Origin: Myxococcota bacterium
Lineage (GTDB): Bacteria > Myxococcota_A > SURF-8
Length of the DNA: 64,000 bases
Reading direction: 5' to 3'
NCBI GenBank assembly: GCA_965140415.1
Contig: OZ223209.1
Coordinates: forward strand, 5,911,758-5,975,757
Part shown: positions 29,535-39,671 of the stretch, piece after piece
Layout of the letters: each line of letters starts with the position of its first letter
How positions within the stretch are numbered: position 1 is the first letter of the stretch
The notes under the pieces: generated by a model
What the model was told of the DNA's origin: nothing
The model's input: the letters and a program-made list of their open reading frames with translations, nothing else
The model's database searches: none
Made by a program: the position numbers and the translations under genes

Positions 29535-29972
29535 TTACTTTTTTTCCTCGACGTAACGCGCTTTGCGATCGCGATGCTGCACGTTGGAATAGGCGCGCAA
29601 TCCGCGTTGCCCCTTGGCCAGAACACCCGCCTGCTCGCGCTGGCTTTTTTGCAGCTGGTCGAAAATTTCCGACAACCCCTCTTCCAACTCGGTGCAATGG
29701 CTTAGAATTTCCCTTAAACGCTTGCGGATCGACAGAATTTCCTCATCCGTTTCCTGTTCGAAAGGAATCTGAAACAAATTGGCAAACTGGTCCTGGTAAT
29801 CGTCGATTTTGTTGATGGTTTGTGCGCGCAGTTCCATCAGGTAGGGAATCCGTTCCGCCCGGCCCTCATCGGCTTCCTTGCGAATCTGCTTTGTGAGCAA
29901 CTTATAAGCGCCGAAGAAATTTTCCAACTGCAAATAAGCCTGCTTGCGAGTTGTAACCGGCGGCAGATGCAT
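29535..29972 (-). CDS. Small helical flagellar chaperone-like protein (FliT/FlgN-like)
   Basis: Coupled to fliS (TAATG overlap), all-helical, C-terminal LRAY...RYVE pattern; named by position. Confidence 0.55.
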   Translation of the reverse strand: MHLPPVTTRKQAYLQLENFFGAYKLLTKQIRKEADEGRAERIPYLMELRAQTINKIDDYQDQFANLFQIPFEQETDEEILSIRKRLREILSHCTELEEGLSEIFDQLQKSQREQAGVLAKGQRGLRAYSNVQHRDRKARYVEEKK

Positions 29973-30427
29973 TACCGTACACGGCCCCCGCCGGCAGCGA
30001 CTCCTTGAGATGCGGCATGGTCACTTGGATTGTAGGCGGTCGGAGCTCCGGCGCCACGCTGCTTGGCCAATTCCCGCCAACTGGAATTCAGGTTGTCCAT
30101 ATGTGCGATCACTTCATCGATCACGGCAAAATCCAAACTGACGTTGACTTCCATAATGCGCTTAAGCAGGTAGGTGTACAGTGCAGCCAGATTTTTAGCG
30201 ATCTCGCCGCCGCGTTCATGATCCAGGCTGCTGAGCAATTCGAAAATGATGTCGTGAGCCCGCATCAGCTCTTTGGCTTTGCCTTCGAAATTTCCATTTT
30301 TGATATGCTCTTTGGAAACGCGCAACGCTTTGATGGCACCATCGTAAAGGAGAACGATCAGGCGCACCGGGTCCGCAGTGGACTCCACCTGCATCTGCTT
30401 GTATTTTGCGTAAGGATTCGGGACCAT
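29972..30427 (-). CDS. fliS: Flagellin chaperone FliS
   Basis: TADPVRLIVLLYDGAI, ELLSSLDHERGGEIAKNLAALYTY; RBS ggag upstream of ATG 30427. Confidence 0.95.
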   Translation of the reverse strand: MVPNPYAKYKQMQVESTADPVRLIVLLYDGAIKALRVSKEHIKNGNFEGKAKELMRAHDIIFELLSSLDHERGGEIAKNLAALYTYLLKRIMEVNVSLDFAVIDEVIAHMDNLNSSWRELAKQRGAGAPTAYNPSDHAASQGVAAGGGRVR

Positions 30428-30481
30428 GTCGTTTCTCCTATTCCATGCCGCTGTTATCAATTCGCAACGGCGTTTCCATCG

Positions 30482-33400
30482 TTAGAGCCGCGAAGTCTGC
30501 TGGCTGAGCCACTGACTTTGCGTATTCAACGAACTGATGGTCTTTTCCATCGCGACGTACTGATTGATCATGCGCTGACGCTTGTTTTCCAACCGCAGTT
30601 CCATCGCATCGATCTGATCGTCGAAGGAATCGATCTGGCTTTGCAGGCTGTCCTGCTTCATATCCAGATAACCTTCGTAGGAATCGGTGTAGGAAAAGAG
30701 CAGGCGTTCGAAGTATTCGGCAAAACCGAGCGACAGCGAAACGCTGCCCACCGACCCGGTCGATGTGCCGCTGTATTTAATCGTCAGCCCTTCGGTCTTG
30801 ACATTTCCTTCGTCACCTTTAAGCAACTGCCCGGTTCCGGTAGCTGCTTCACCGTTGATCGTTCCTTCCACATCGAGACCACTATGGGTATCATCGGACA
30901 AACCGAGATAATCCGCACTTTGCGAAACCTCGAAGCCGTTGCCGCTACCGTACAGGTTGTGACTCAATACGATTTGGCCGGAGCCGTTGTCGGAGGCGGT
31001 GATTTCCATGCCGTAACGACCCGTTACCGCCGTGTCCATCGTTCCACCCATATCCAGCGAACCATCGCCACTGTAAGTCAATTCGACGCTCAACTGGCTC
31101 GAACCGGTCAGATCGTCCACCACCACGATGCGCCCGTTGCTGTCGATCGATGCAGTCACGCCGCTGCCGAAGGTCAACTCGATCTGGTCGAGCAATTGAC
31201 CGACTGTCGCCGTGCTGACATCCTCGATCTCGAAACTGCCACTCATCGTGCCGCCGGTGCGGCTGGTGCCCGAAATGATAATCAGATCGCCATCGGACAG
31301 GTCGTTGCCGTCGCCCACACCCAGTGTATTGAGATCGGCGAAAACGGTGGATTCCGTGATGTTGGCCGGACCGCCGGAAGCGGTTGTGGTTTGGAAACCC
31401 GAACTGCTGCGCACCTGCTGCGTGTAGGTTCGGCTCAACTCCGAATTGATGGCCGCGATCGCGTCTTCGGCGTCCATTCCGGAGGTCAGGCTGATCATGG
31501 CGATGCGTCCGGTGGAACTATCGGTAATGGTTAGAGTTTCATCACCGTCCAAGCCGTCAACGTCGTCGAGATTGGCAGTACCCGTTACCGAAGCCTGCGC
31601 GGCAGCCTGTGTAATCGCCACATCGAAATCGCCGCTGTTGGTGCCGTCCTCGATCGAAACATAGGACAAATCACCGCTGCTGGCGCTTCCCGTAACCGTA
31701 AACAGGCTCATCAAAGTTTCAAAATCGGTTTCGATCAGGTCGCTTAAAGTCGATCCTTCAATGGAGAGGGTACCATCGTCTTGCAGGCGAATTCCTGCCA
31801 GTGAAAGCGTATTTAATGTAGACGGCGCTCCGCTTACCGTTCCAAGCACCATATCCATAAGCTGAGTGCTAAGCCCGGTCAGGGTGCCATCGCCAAATAG
31901 CGGGCCGCCCGTTTCTTCCGTTTCAGAATCGTAGCTTTGCTGATCCTGGATAAAGCTTACAACCGAATTGAAATTGCTGACTAAAGTCGTAAATTTTGCT
32001 TTGATTGCCGAAGCATCGCGTTCCACCTGAGCGGTGATTGTGGTGCCGGCTTCAGCTTTTTTCAGCGTCAACGTTGCACCGCTGACGGCATCGGAAACCA
32101 CATTGCTTTCGCGCGTCATGCGGATGCCGTCCACGGTGAAAATGGAATCCTGCCCTTCCGCGATCATCATGGAGCGACCTTCGGTCGTGGTTTCGACGTC
32201 ACCGAAATCCAGCGTGCCGCCGCCTTCGTTATTTGCCACCAGGGTCAACGCCAATGAGCTGTCACCGGTTGCGTTATCGGTAACGGTGATTTTTCCGTTT
32301 GCATCGATCGAAGCGGTGACATTGCCGCTATAAACGGTATCTTGGATATAGGTTAATAAATCCCCTAATGCAGAACTGGCGGCAGTGATCGTAAACGAGC
32401 CGGATACGGCATCGCCATTGTGATCGAATCCGCTAATGGTGATCGTGTCGCCATCGGTAACACTGTTGGCATCACTACCTGTGTTGATTTCCGTGAAAAG
32501 CGTTGCCGCACTGACGACGCCGCCACCTGCCGCAGTGGTTTGCGACAATGCGCCGGACTGGATGATTTCATCCACATCGGAAGTCGTTCCTTTAACCACA
32601 CCCAACGCTTCCAATACGTTGCTATCATCGACGTAGGTCGTTCCGACCAATTTCAAGCGATAGGAAACCGTACCGTCGGATTCTTCTTCGCTCACGATCG
32701 AAGCGATATCTGCTCCAGCCTGGGTATTGATGCTGTCTTTGATCTGCGTCAGGCTGTCGCTTAAGTCAATAGAAAGATTGGTGTAGGCACCGATCTGAAT
32801 CGTAGCGGAACTGATTGCCGCCGAAAGACCGAGACTGGAATACACCGCCGTGTCCGCGCTGGTGAATGCATCCGACTTCGCGCCGGAAGACGTGGCGTTT
32901 TTGATCTCGATACCACTGTCGGCAAAGCCGAGTGTCTGAACGATATCGGTGGAACTGGCATCCTGAATGGAAATACCGCTCGAACCGGTGCTGGTGGAGG
33001 TTAAAATCAAACGGTAACTGTCTTCTCCGGTAGTAATAATCGAGGCGGAAACTCCGGAGGGAGAACTTCCGGAGTTCGCCTCGTTTATCTTGTTCCGAAT
33101 GTTTGTGAGTGTATCGGAAGAAGTTACACTGATTTTCGATCCGCCCAATAGAAATTCACCTTCCAGTCCCAAGGCCTCGGTCGTGGTGGAATAGGTCGCA
33201 CTGCTGCGCTTTTCCGCCGAAGCCAACTGATCGATTTCCAACTGGAAACTGCCAACAGCGGCGTCCGTTCCCAAGGTAATCGAAGCCAGATCGCTGGCCG
33301 AGGTGGTGGAAGAGGAAGATAATGACGAGGTGAAGAGCATGAACGTGTCACGATCGCCAAGCGTCGTGACTGTAGACTTCAAGGTGCTTAGCGTCGTATT

Positions 33401-33547
33401 CAGACTTTGCCAAGCGCTTTTTTGCTGCGAGATCTCAGTCTGTTGATTCTGGATGAGCGTTACTGCCCGGTAGTCGATCTGGATCAACTGGTCAATCATC
33501 GATTGCCAGTCGAGATTCGATGCGAGTCCTGACATATATGTACTCAT
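30482..33547 (-). CDS. fliD: Flagellar filament cap protein, long variant (1021 aa)
   Basis: SGLASNLDWQSMIDQL N-terminus, GQDS..VDGI..TRESN, GPLFGDGTL, C-terminal QYVAME..ISSLNTQSQWL. Confidence 0.93.
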   Translation of the reverse strand: MSTYMSGLASNLDWQSMIDQLIQIDYRAVTLIQNQQTEISQQKSAWQSLNTTLSTLKSTVTTLGDRDTFMLFTSSLSSSSTTSASDLASITLGTDAAVGSFQLEIDQLASAEKRSSATYSTTTEALGLEGEFLLGGSKISVTSSDTLTNIRNKINEANSGSSPSGVSASIITTGEDSYRLILTSTSTGSSGISIQDASSTDIVQTLGFADSGIEIKNATSSGAKSDAFTSADTAVYSSLGLSAAISSATIQIGAYTNLSIDLSDSLTQIKDSINTQAGADIASIVSEEESDGTVSYRLKLVGTTYVDDSNVLEALGVVKGTTSDVDEIIQSGALSQTTAAGGGVVSAATLFTEINTGSDANSVTDGDTITISGFDHNGDAVSGSFTITAASSALGDLLTYIQDTVYSGNVTASIDANGKITVTDNATGDSSLALTLVANNEGGGTLDFGDVETTTEGRSMMIAEGQDSIFTVDGIRMTRESNVVSDAVSGATLTLKKAEAGTTITAQVERDASAIKAKFTTLVSNFNSVVSFIQDQQSYDSETEETGGPLFGDGTLTGLSTQLMDMVLGTVSGAPSTLNTLSLAGIRLQDDGTLSIEGSTLSDLIETDFETLMSLFTVTGSASSGDLSYVSIEDGTNSGDFDVAITQAAAQASVTGTANLDDVDGLDGDETLTITDSSTGRIAMISLTSGMDAEDAIAAINSELSRTYTQQVRSSSGFQTTTASGGPANITESTVFADLNTLGVGDGNDLSDGDLIIISGTSRTGGTMSGSFEIEDVSTATVGQLLDQIELTFGSGVTASIDSNGRIVVVDDLTGSSQLSVELTYSGDGSLDMGGTMDTAVTGRYGMEITASDNGSGQIVLSHNLYGSGNGFEVSQSADYLGLSDDTHSGLDVEGTINGEAATGTGQLLKGDEGNVKTEGLTIKYSGTSTGSVGSVSLSLGFAEYFERLLFSYTDSYEGYLDMKQDSLQSQIDSFDDQIDAMELRLENKRQRMINQYVAMEKTISSLNTQSQWLSQQTSRL

Positions 33548-33643
33548 CTTACTCTCCGTTGTTGACCCGTCTGGAACACATCCGCTTCCGGCGGAATTCC
33601 GCCGGAAGCAAGATTAAAATCCATTACATGCAATTCACACGGT

Positions 33644-34060
33644 TCACTGTTTGTGATCCAACAGAACGCCTAGCATTTTTTCATCCGGGCGATCCATGTA
33701 TTCCGCCATCTCTTTCATGTGAGCGGCCATTTCGAGCAACTCCTCAGAGGGAATTTGTCGAATCGTTTCACCCGTCTTTTCATCAATCACTTTCACGACC
33801 ATCTGGTCCGTTCCTTCGTGAACGGAGAAACGAACTGCGGTGTTGATGGAAGACATGAAATCGTTCATCGATCTCATTGTAGTCTCAGCTTGCTCTTTCG
33901 TGACCTTTTGACCGGCAAGACGAGCTTCCTGGGCGACTTTCCCGGAGTCCGGCTGCTGTTGTCGGTCTTCACTGCTCGCAAGTGGTTTACGAACAGGTTC
34001 AACCGGCTTGGCGGCCTGATTCTGTTGCTCAACCGGAAATAGTTTTGTTGCCTCAATCAT
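33644..34060 (-). CDS. flaG: Flagellar protein FlaG
   Basis: RFSVHE...VVKVIDEKTGETIRQIPSEELL...GVLLD; lies between flagellin and fliD. Confidence 0.93.
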   Translation of the reverse strand: MIEATKLFPVEQQNQAAKPVEPVRKPLASSEDRQQQPDSGKVAQEARLAGQKVTKEQAETTMRSMNDFMSSINTAVRFSVHEGTDQMVVKVIDEKTGETIRQIPSEELLEMAAHMKEMAEYMDRPDEKMLGVLLDHKQ

Positions 34061-34128
34061 CGTCTGTTCCCATCATTAGTTGACAATGGTTATATTATAC
34101 CGTTGCCATGTCAAAGAATTCAAGGGTC

Positions 34129-34156
34129 AAAAGGGGCGGCCCCGAGCCGCCCCTTT
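34129..34156 (-). terminator. Intrinsic terminator after flagellin
   Basis: aaaaggggcggc-cccga-gccgccccttt GC-rich hairpin. Confidence 0.75.
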
Positions 34157-34165
34157 CAACGGTCA

Positions 34166-35311
34166 CTATCGAATCAAGCTCAGGACAGACTGCGGAGCGG
34201 TATTGGCTTGCGCCAACATGGCGGTACTGGACTGCAACAGGATCTGATGCTTGGTGAAGTCCGCCATTTCTCCGGCCATATCCACGTCGCGGATGACCGA
34301 CTCGGAAGCCGACTTGTTCTCGATGGAGACAGCCAGGTTCGAGGAGGCATATCCAAGACGGTTGATCAAGGAACCGACTTCGGCGCGGGCCGTTGCCAAG
34401 GTGTTGATCGCGGTGTCGATGTCGTCCAACGCGGTCTGGGCGCCCGACTGCGAGGTCAGGTCGATATCCAGGCTGGAACCACCGGCCAAAGAGGAACGCG
34501 ACAGGTCGGTCAGCGTAAAGCCGAGTTGGCTGTTGGCATCGTTTTCGGCACCGATCTGGAAGGTCGCATTGCCCAGAGCTTTGGTGTGAATACGACCCGA
34601 AGTGTCGACGCTACCTTCGTTGGTGGCGAAGAGACTGTTCACGGTGATCTTGATGCCCAGGGCACTGAAGTTCATCGTGAAATCTTCATTGGGATCCATA
34701 CCCACTGCGCTGGCATAGGAAACCGTCTGAGAGGTTGTGCCGTCGCTCAGGGTGACAGTATCACCACTGGCCGAAACCGCAGTGATCGAGTAGGTTTGGG
34801 CCGCTTTGGCACTGGTCACGTCGATGTTCTCAACACCATTGGCAGCGGTGAAGATGACCGGTGCGGTGGAGCTCAAGGTCACGGAACCGAAGTTTCCGTC
34901 GAGCAGAGCGGTGTCGTTGTATTTGGTAAATCCAACGATACGATCGATTTCCGACTCCAGCGCCGTGGCTTCTGTGTTGATCTTGCTCAAATCGCTGCCG
35001 GCGTTTCCGGAAGCAGCCTGGGTGGCCAGTTCTTTCATACGTTTCAGGATCAAGTCGATCTGGCTCATACCACCTTCAGCAACCTGCAACAGTGAAGTCG
35101 CTTCAGTCGCGTTACGGGAGCCGACTTGCAGAGAGGCGATTTCAGCCCGGAAGCGCATGGACGAAGCCATACCCGCCGCATCGTCAGCCGCACTGTTGAT
35201 CCGGTAACCGGACGACAGACGTTCCAACGAACGGTTCATCATGCTCGAGTTGTTGTTCAAGTGATTCAGGGAATTCAGGGACGCGATATTATTCTGGATT
35301 CTGAAGCTCAT
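34166..35311 (-). CDS. fliC: Flagellin
   Basis: LERLSSGYRINSAADDAAG; SVIRDVDMA..QSSTAMLAQAN. Confidence 0.97.
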   Translation of the reverse strand: MSFRIQNNIASLNSLNHLNNNSSMMNRSLERLSSGYRINSAADDAAGMASSMRFRAEIASLQVGSRNATEATSLLQVAEGGMSQIDLILKRMKELATQAASGNAGSDLSKINTEATALESEIDRIVGFTKYNDTALLDGNFGSVTLSSTAPVIFTAANGVENIDVTSAKAAQTYSITAVSASGDTVTLSDGTTSQTVSYASAVGMDPNEDFTMNFSALGIKITVNSLFATNEGSVDTSGRIHTKALGNATFQIGAENDANSQLGFTLTDLSRSSLAGGSSLDIDLTSQSGAQTALDDIDTAINTLATARAEVGSLINRLGYASSNLAVSIENKSASESVIRDVDMAGEMADFTKHQILLQSSTAMLAQANTAPQSVLSLIR

Positions 35312-35510
35312 TACTTTCCTCCTTGAAAGTGTGTTTCCGATAGCATCCTTGCTATCTTGCTTGGGAAGGTTTCCGACTTTGGCTGTCGGCGCCCGGGGAT
35401 GTTCTGGGAATCACCGTACCCTTATTTGTGTAAAGGTCTCTCCCGGCTACCTCCTTTCGTATGCTTCATGATTTTAAAAGAACCAAACTTCTCATCACTC
35501 ACATACTTAA

Positions 35511-35537
35511 AGATCGGATCTTCGCGGCGAGAGTTTA
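35511..35537 (-). promoter_or_regulatory. Sigma28 (FliA)-type promoter
   Basis: Minus strand TAAA-N15-TCCGATCT against consensus TAAA-N15-GCCGATAA. Confidence 0.75.
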
Positions 35538-35654
35538 CACTTTTTTTTGCATTCAGAATCCTTCACCGACGTCCATACCCGTCACTTGACGTCCGTGCGA
35601 ATTGTCAAAGAACAAAATCCGTTATCATTTCAACATATTAGAATCCAGAAACGA

Positions 35655-35690
35655 ACGACACCGGCGAGGTCGGGGTCCTGCCGGTGTCGT
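35655..35690 (-). terminator. Hairpin or terminator after the second flagellin
   Basis: acgacaccggc...gccggtgtcgt 11-bp stem. Confidence 0.6.
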
Positions 35691-35752
35691 AAAAAAGAGC
35701 TTCAGACTATCGCGTTTCGTCGCTCGCGCGACGCTAAAAAACTATAATTTCA

Positions 35753-36907
35753 CTATTTCAGCAGGTTCAACAGCGATTGCGGCAGCTGATTCGCCTGCGC
35801 CAGCATCGACATACCCGACTGGATCAGGATGTTGTACTTGGTGTAGTCACTCATTTCCACTGCCATATCCACATCGCGGATGATCGACTCGCTGGCGGTT
35901 TTATTCTCCAGTGATACCGACAGGTTACTTGCTGAATACTGCAAGCGGTTGACCAACGCACCCACATCGGCCATGGCGTTTGCCAGGTAATCGATGGCGG
36001 CATCGACTTCATCCATGGCGTCTTGCGAACTGACCTGGGTCGTCAGATCGATATCGAAAGCCGCTCCCCCATTGAGTGAGGCCAGGGAAAGATCCGGCAA
36101 CGTGAAGCCGATCTGATGGTAGGCATTGTTTCTATCACCGATCTGGAACAGCGCCGGTCCGGTTGCACCAGTATAAATGGTAGACCCCACTCCGGCGGCA
36201 CCGGCAGTAAAGTTGGCTTCATCAAACGCACTGTTTACGGTGATCTGAATGCCCAACTCGTCGAAATTCAAGACGAAATCTTCATTCGGGCCAAGGCTGT
36301 TGGCAGCAGCATAACTGATATTCTGCGACACGGTACCGTCGGTCAGTGTCATTGTGTCTGCGCTTGCCGACATGGCGGTCAACCAATAGGTGCGGCCACC
36401 TTGAGCGCCGGTCACATCGATGAATTCCACACCGTTATCACTGGTGAAGTCGATCGGAGCGGTGGAACTGAGCGTGGTGGAACCGAACGTACCATCCAGC
36501 AGGGTCTGGCTGTCGTACTGGGTGTAGCCGACGATACGCGAGATTTCAGCTTCCAGCGCCGTGATTTCACGATCGATTTTTCCGCGATCCGTACCGGTGT
36601 TACCACTGGCGGCCTGCGTTGCAAGCTCTTTCATGCGGCGTAGCATCAGATCGATCTGCGACATCGCCCCTTCAGCCACCTGTAACATTGATATAGCCTG
36701 CGAGGTGTTGCGGCTGGCGACTTTCAGCGAGCTGATCTCAGCACGAAATCGCATGGATGAAGCCATGCCGGCTGCGTCATCGGAGGCTTGATTGATGCGA
36801 TAGCCAGAAGACAGTCGCTCCAAAGACTTGCTCAAGCCTTTCTCACTGACGCTCACATTGCGGTGAGACATCATCGCGGTAATATTGTTCTGAATTCTGA
36901 ATCCCAT
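35753..36907 (-). CDS. fliC: Flagellin (second paralogue)
   Basis: LERLSSGYRINQASDDAAG; SIIRDVDMA..MLAQANQLPQ. Confidence 0.97.
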   Translation of the reverse strand: MGFRIQNNITAMMSHRNVSVSEKGLSKSLERLSSGYRINQASDDAAGMASSMRFRAEISSLKVASRNTSQAISMLQVAEGAMSQIDLMLRRMKELATQAASGNTGTDRGKIDREITALEAEISRIVGYTQYDSQTLLDGTFGSTTLSSTAPIDFTSDNGVEFIDVTGAQGGRTYWLTAMSASADTMTLTDGTVSQNISYAAANSLGPNEDFVLNFDELGIQITVNSAFDEANFTAGAAGVGSTIYTGATGPALFQIGDRNNAYHQIGFTLPDLSLASLNGGAAFDIDLTTQVSSQDAMDEVDAAIDYLANAMADVGALVNRLQYSASNLSVSLENKTASESIIRDVDMAVEMSDYTKYNILIQSGMSMLAQANQLPQSLLNLLK

Positions 36908-37037
36908 TTCTTCCTCCTTGAATGCTCTTTACGAAAGCAGCCGTCCCTGCCTTGTCGCACCTTATTAATAGTTAGAAACCCTCTAACCATTCGATCCAGG
37001 ATGTCAGTTTGCGTGTCACTTCACGCCTCTAGTCATT

Positions 37038-37064
37038 AATTCGGAAGTGGGAAATTAATCTTTA
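37038..37064 (-). promoter_or_regulatory. Sigma28 (FliA)-type promoter
   Basis: Minus strand TAAA-N15-TCCGAATT. Confidence 0.7.
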
Positions 37065-37612
37065 ATGTTTTTGTTAAAAAAATTGTATCTAAACTATTGA
37101 AATTACTAGGTATTTTGTTCCGGCGAGTAGGCAAATGTTGCCTAGTTTTCACCGATTTTCCAGATCTCATTTTCCTGTATTTTCAGTAAGTTACAAATTG
37201 GTAGGCAAAATCTTCCGGTTGCCCTGTTTGTGCAGGCACTCCTTGCGGCAGATTTTGCCCTGTACGTTTTGGAGCCGATCGAAAAAAAAGTTTTAAAAAT
37301 CACCGTTTCAGATTCTTTTAACCATTAATATGCGACTTTTAAAGCCGGAATTCGGACCGATTTCCTGTTTGATATTGCCTGCTCTAACCGTTTCGCCGCC
37401 TATAGCCACTCCGACACCCGGTTTGTTGTATTTCGGTAATCAAGTAGCGGTAACTCTTCTAAAAGGGCGGAATCGCGTGATTTTATTGTTTCGTACATCT
37501 TCATTACATGGTAAAAGAATTTCGTCCAGTGGCTCGCAAGTACCGCGCGTACAAGCCGAACCCGAGCAGACAGTCACTACCAGCGATTCGTTCACGTTCG
37601 AAAGGGAAGTCG

Positions 37613-39322
37613 ATGAAATTATCCGACAAGCTTTACCTGTTGTATCGCATTGCCAAATGGCGACTCACCTGGAATATGCGCGATCTCGGTTATCGCCCGC
37701 CCAATTGCCCTTCCAGCCGTTTCATGAATGCCCGGCAGGCGGTGCAGCTTATCAACGATGGCGACACGGTGATCAGTTGCGGCATGGCTGGCAATGCACG
37801 CTGCTCCATTTTCTACTGGGCGCTGCGTGAAGCCTTTGAAAAAGGCCAGCATCCGCGCGATCTGACCTGGATCGCCGTCGGCGCGCAGGGAAGCCGTGGA
37901 CGCGCTCCGGGAACCGTGGAGGAACTGGGGCTCGATGGCTTATTGAGCTGTTTCATCAGCGGTCATCACGAAACGGCCAAGTCGCTGTTGGCGCTGGGCG
38001 AACAGGGAAAACTGGAAATGCACACCCTGCCGCAGGGCGAGATGACTTTCATTCTGGAAGCGCAGGCCAAAGGCGAACTGAGCGTACGCAGCACGGTCGG
38101 GCTGGACACCTTTTTGGACCCGAAGGTCGGTCCCGGCTCGGCCACCACGCCCAATGCAAAACGGAACCTGGTCGAGCGCGACGGCGACGAGCTGATTTAC
38201 AGCATGCCGAAAATCAACGTGGCCATGTTCAATGCGCCCTATGCGGATAAAGACGGCAACATCTATTTCCACAACGCCGCCACCATTACGGAGAACATCG
38301 AAGCGGCCAAAGCCGCTCGTGCCAATGGCGGGCGCGTACTGGCCGCCGTGGCGGATATCATCCCGCGCGACGATTCCCGCATCTGCCTGAGTGCCGATCT
38401 GATCGACGCCATCGTGGTCAATCCACGCAACGAGCAAACCGGCGCGGTGCCGCAGCGCTCCTTCTGGCCGATGTTCACCTCCGATTCCAAAGAAGACACC
38501 GCCGAGTCTGTGGAAAAGCTGAAATTCATCAACAACACGCTGAAAATCACGCCCGTGCGCGGACCGGTGGAAAACGCGCTGGCGCGCATTGCATCTTCAC
38601 TGTTCGTCGATGCCGCCCATCCGGGTGCAATCGTCAACATCGGCGTCGGACTGCCGGAAGAAGTCTGCCGGCTGATGTACGAAAGCGGCCTGTATCACGA
38701 TCTGACCTTCACCTCCGAAACCGGCGTCTTCGGCGGTCTGCCCACTCCGGGCATCTTCTTCGGCGCGGCCATCAATCCCAAAGAACTGCAAAGCTCCGCC
38801 TGGATGTTCCATCTGTACCAGGAAAAACTGAGCGTGGCGGTATTGGGATTGTTGCAGGTGGACAGCGAAGGCAACGTCAATGTATCCAAGCGCGGACCCA
38901 AGGTCACCGATTACGTCGGCCCCGGCGGTTTCCCGAACATCGTCGATGGCGCGAAAACGATCATCTTCGTCGGAAGCTGGATGGCTCACTCGAAAATGAG
39001 CCTGAATAACGGTCAGTTGTCCATCGACAAACCCGGCAAGCCCAAATTCATCGAAAAGGTGGACCAGGTCACCTTTAGTGGAAAGCGCGGGTTGGAACTG
39101 GGCAAGAAGGTGTTTTACGTCACCAACGTCGGCGTGTTCCAGCTTACCGAGCGCGGCCTGGAATTGATCCGGGTCATGCCGGGCATCGACGTCCAACGCG
39201 ACATCATCAATGGCTGCACGGCAAAGATCGTGTTGCCGGAAAATGGCGAGGTGCCTCTGGTCGCACCGGAACTCGCCAGCGGCAAAGGCTTCCGCCTGCA
39301 ATGGCCGCAAGGCGCAAAATAA
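37613..39322 (+). CDS. Acyl-CoA:acetate CoA-transferase (family I, fused subunits, YdiF/Pct-like)
   Basis: LPQG, VGLDTFLDP, NIGVGLP, catalytic Glu in SETGVFGG, GNVNVSK, GPGGF; start chosen at MKLS. Confidence 0.88.
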   Translation: MKLSDKLYLLYRIAKWRLTWNMRDLGYRPPNCPSSRFMNARQAVQLINDGDTVISCGMAGNARCSIFYWALREAFEKGQHPRDLTWIAVGAQGSRGRAPGTVEELGLDGLLSCFISGHHETAKSLLALGEQGKLEMHTLPQGEMTFILEAQAKGELSVRSTVGLDTFLDPKVGPGSATTPNAKRNLVERDGDELIYSMPKINVAMFNAPYADKDGNIYFHNAATITENIEAAKAARANGGRVLAAVADIIPRDDSRICLSADLIDAIVVNPRNEQTGAVPQRSFWPMFTSDSKEDTAESVEKLKFINNTLKITPVRGPVENALARIASSLFVDAAHPGAIVNIGVGLPEEVCRLMYESGLYHDLTFTSETGVFGGLPTPGIFFGAAINPKELQSSAWMFHLYQEKLSVAVLGLLQVDSEGNVNVSKRGPKVTDYVGPGGFPNIVDGAKTIIFVGSWMAHSKMSLNNGQLSIDKPGKPKFIEKVDQVTFSGKRGLELGKKVFYVTNVGVFQLTERGLELIRVMPGIDVQRDIINGCTAKIVLPENGEVPLVAPELASGKGFRLQWPQGAK

Positions 39323-39351
39323 GCGACCTTATCCAATAATCTTTCACGCTA

Positions 39352-39376
39352 GGAGCAGGGCTTTCGTCCTGCTCTT
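39352..39376 (+). terminator. Probable terminator hairpin
   Basis: gagcagggc-tttc-gtcctgctc followed by T-rich sequence. Confidence 0.55.
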
Positions 39377-39472
39377 CGTGTTTTGAAGCTGTGATAAAAA
39401 CGATAGGTCGAACAAATTTCTGGGCGATGTAGCATGACTCCCACTATGCTTCACATGTATCTTTTTTCATAA

Positions 39473-39545
39473 GTAGGTCGGGCAAATGCCTTGCCCGACA
39501 TGAATTGGATTGTCGGTCAGAAAATCTGACCGACCTACCGGGCTA
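39473..39545. repeat. Inverted pair of GTAG-type REP-like hairpins (family F)
   Basis: gtag-gtcgggcaa..ttgcccgac and gtcggtcaga..tctgaccgac-ctac. Confidence 0.8.
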
Positions 39546-39635
39546 GTTTTCGTGTGATGAGCATGACAAATGCCTATCATACAAGGCTTGTTACGGCCAC
39601 CCACCCGCCGAATTATCCCGGTTGGGATTTCCCTC

Positions 39636-39663
39636 TTGACAACACTGTCGCTTATATGCGACA
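39636..39663 (+). promoter_or_regulatory. Toxin-antitoxin promoter with palindromic operator
   Basis: TTGACA followed by tgtcgc-ttatat-gcgaca, 8 nt before the toxin ATG, with no evident RBS. Confidence 0.65.
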
Positions 39664-39671
39664 CTCAAAAC

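Noticed and set aside
30005-31534. 509-aa plus-strand ORF
   Set aside because: Antisense shadow of fliD/fliS with no recognisable motif
37235-37247. Sigma54 promoter (ggcactccttgc)
   Set aside because: GG-to-GC spacing is 8 nt rather than the required 10
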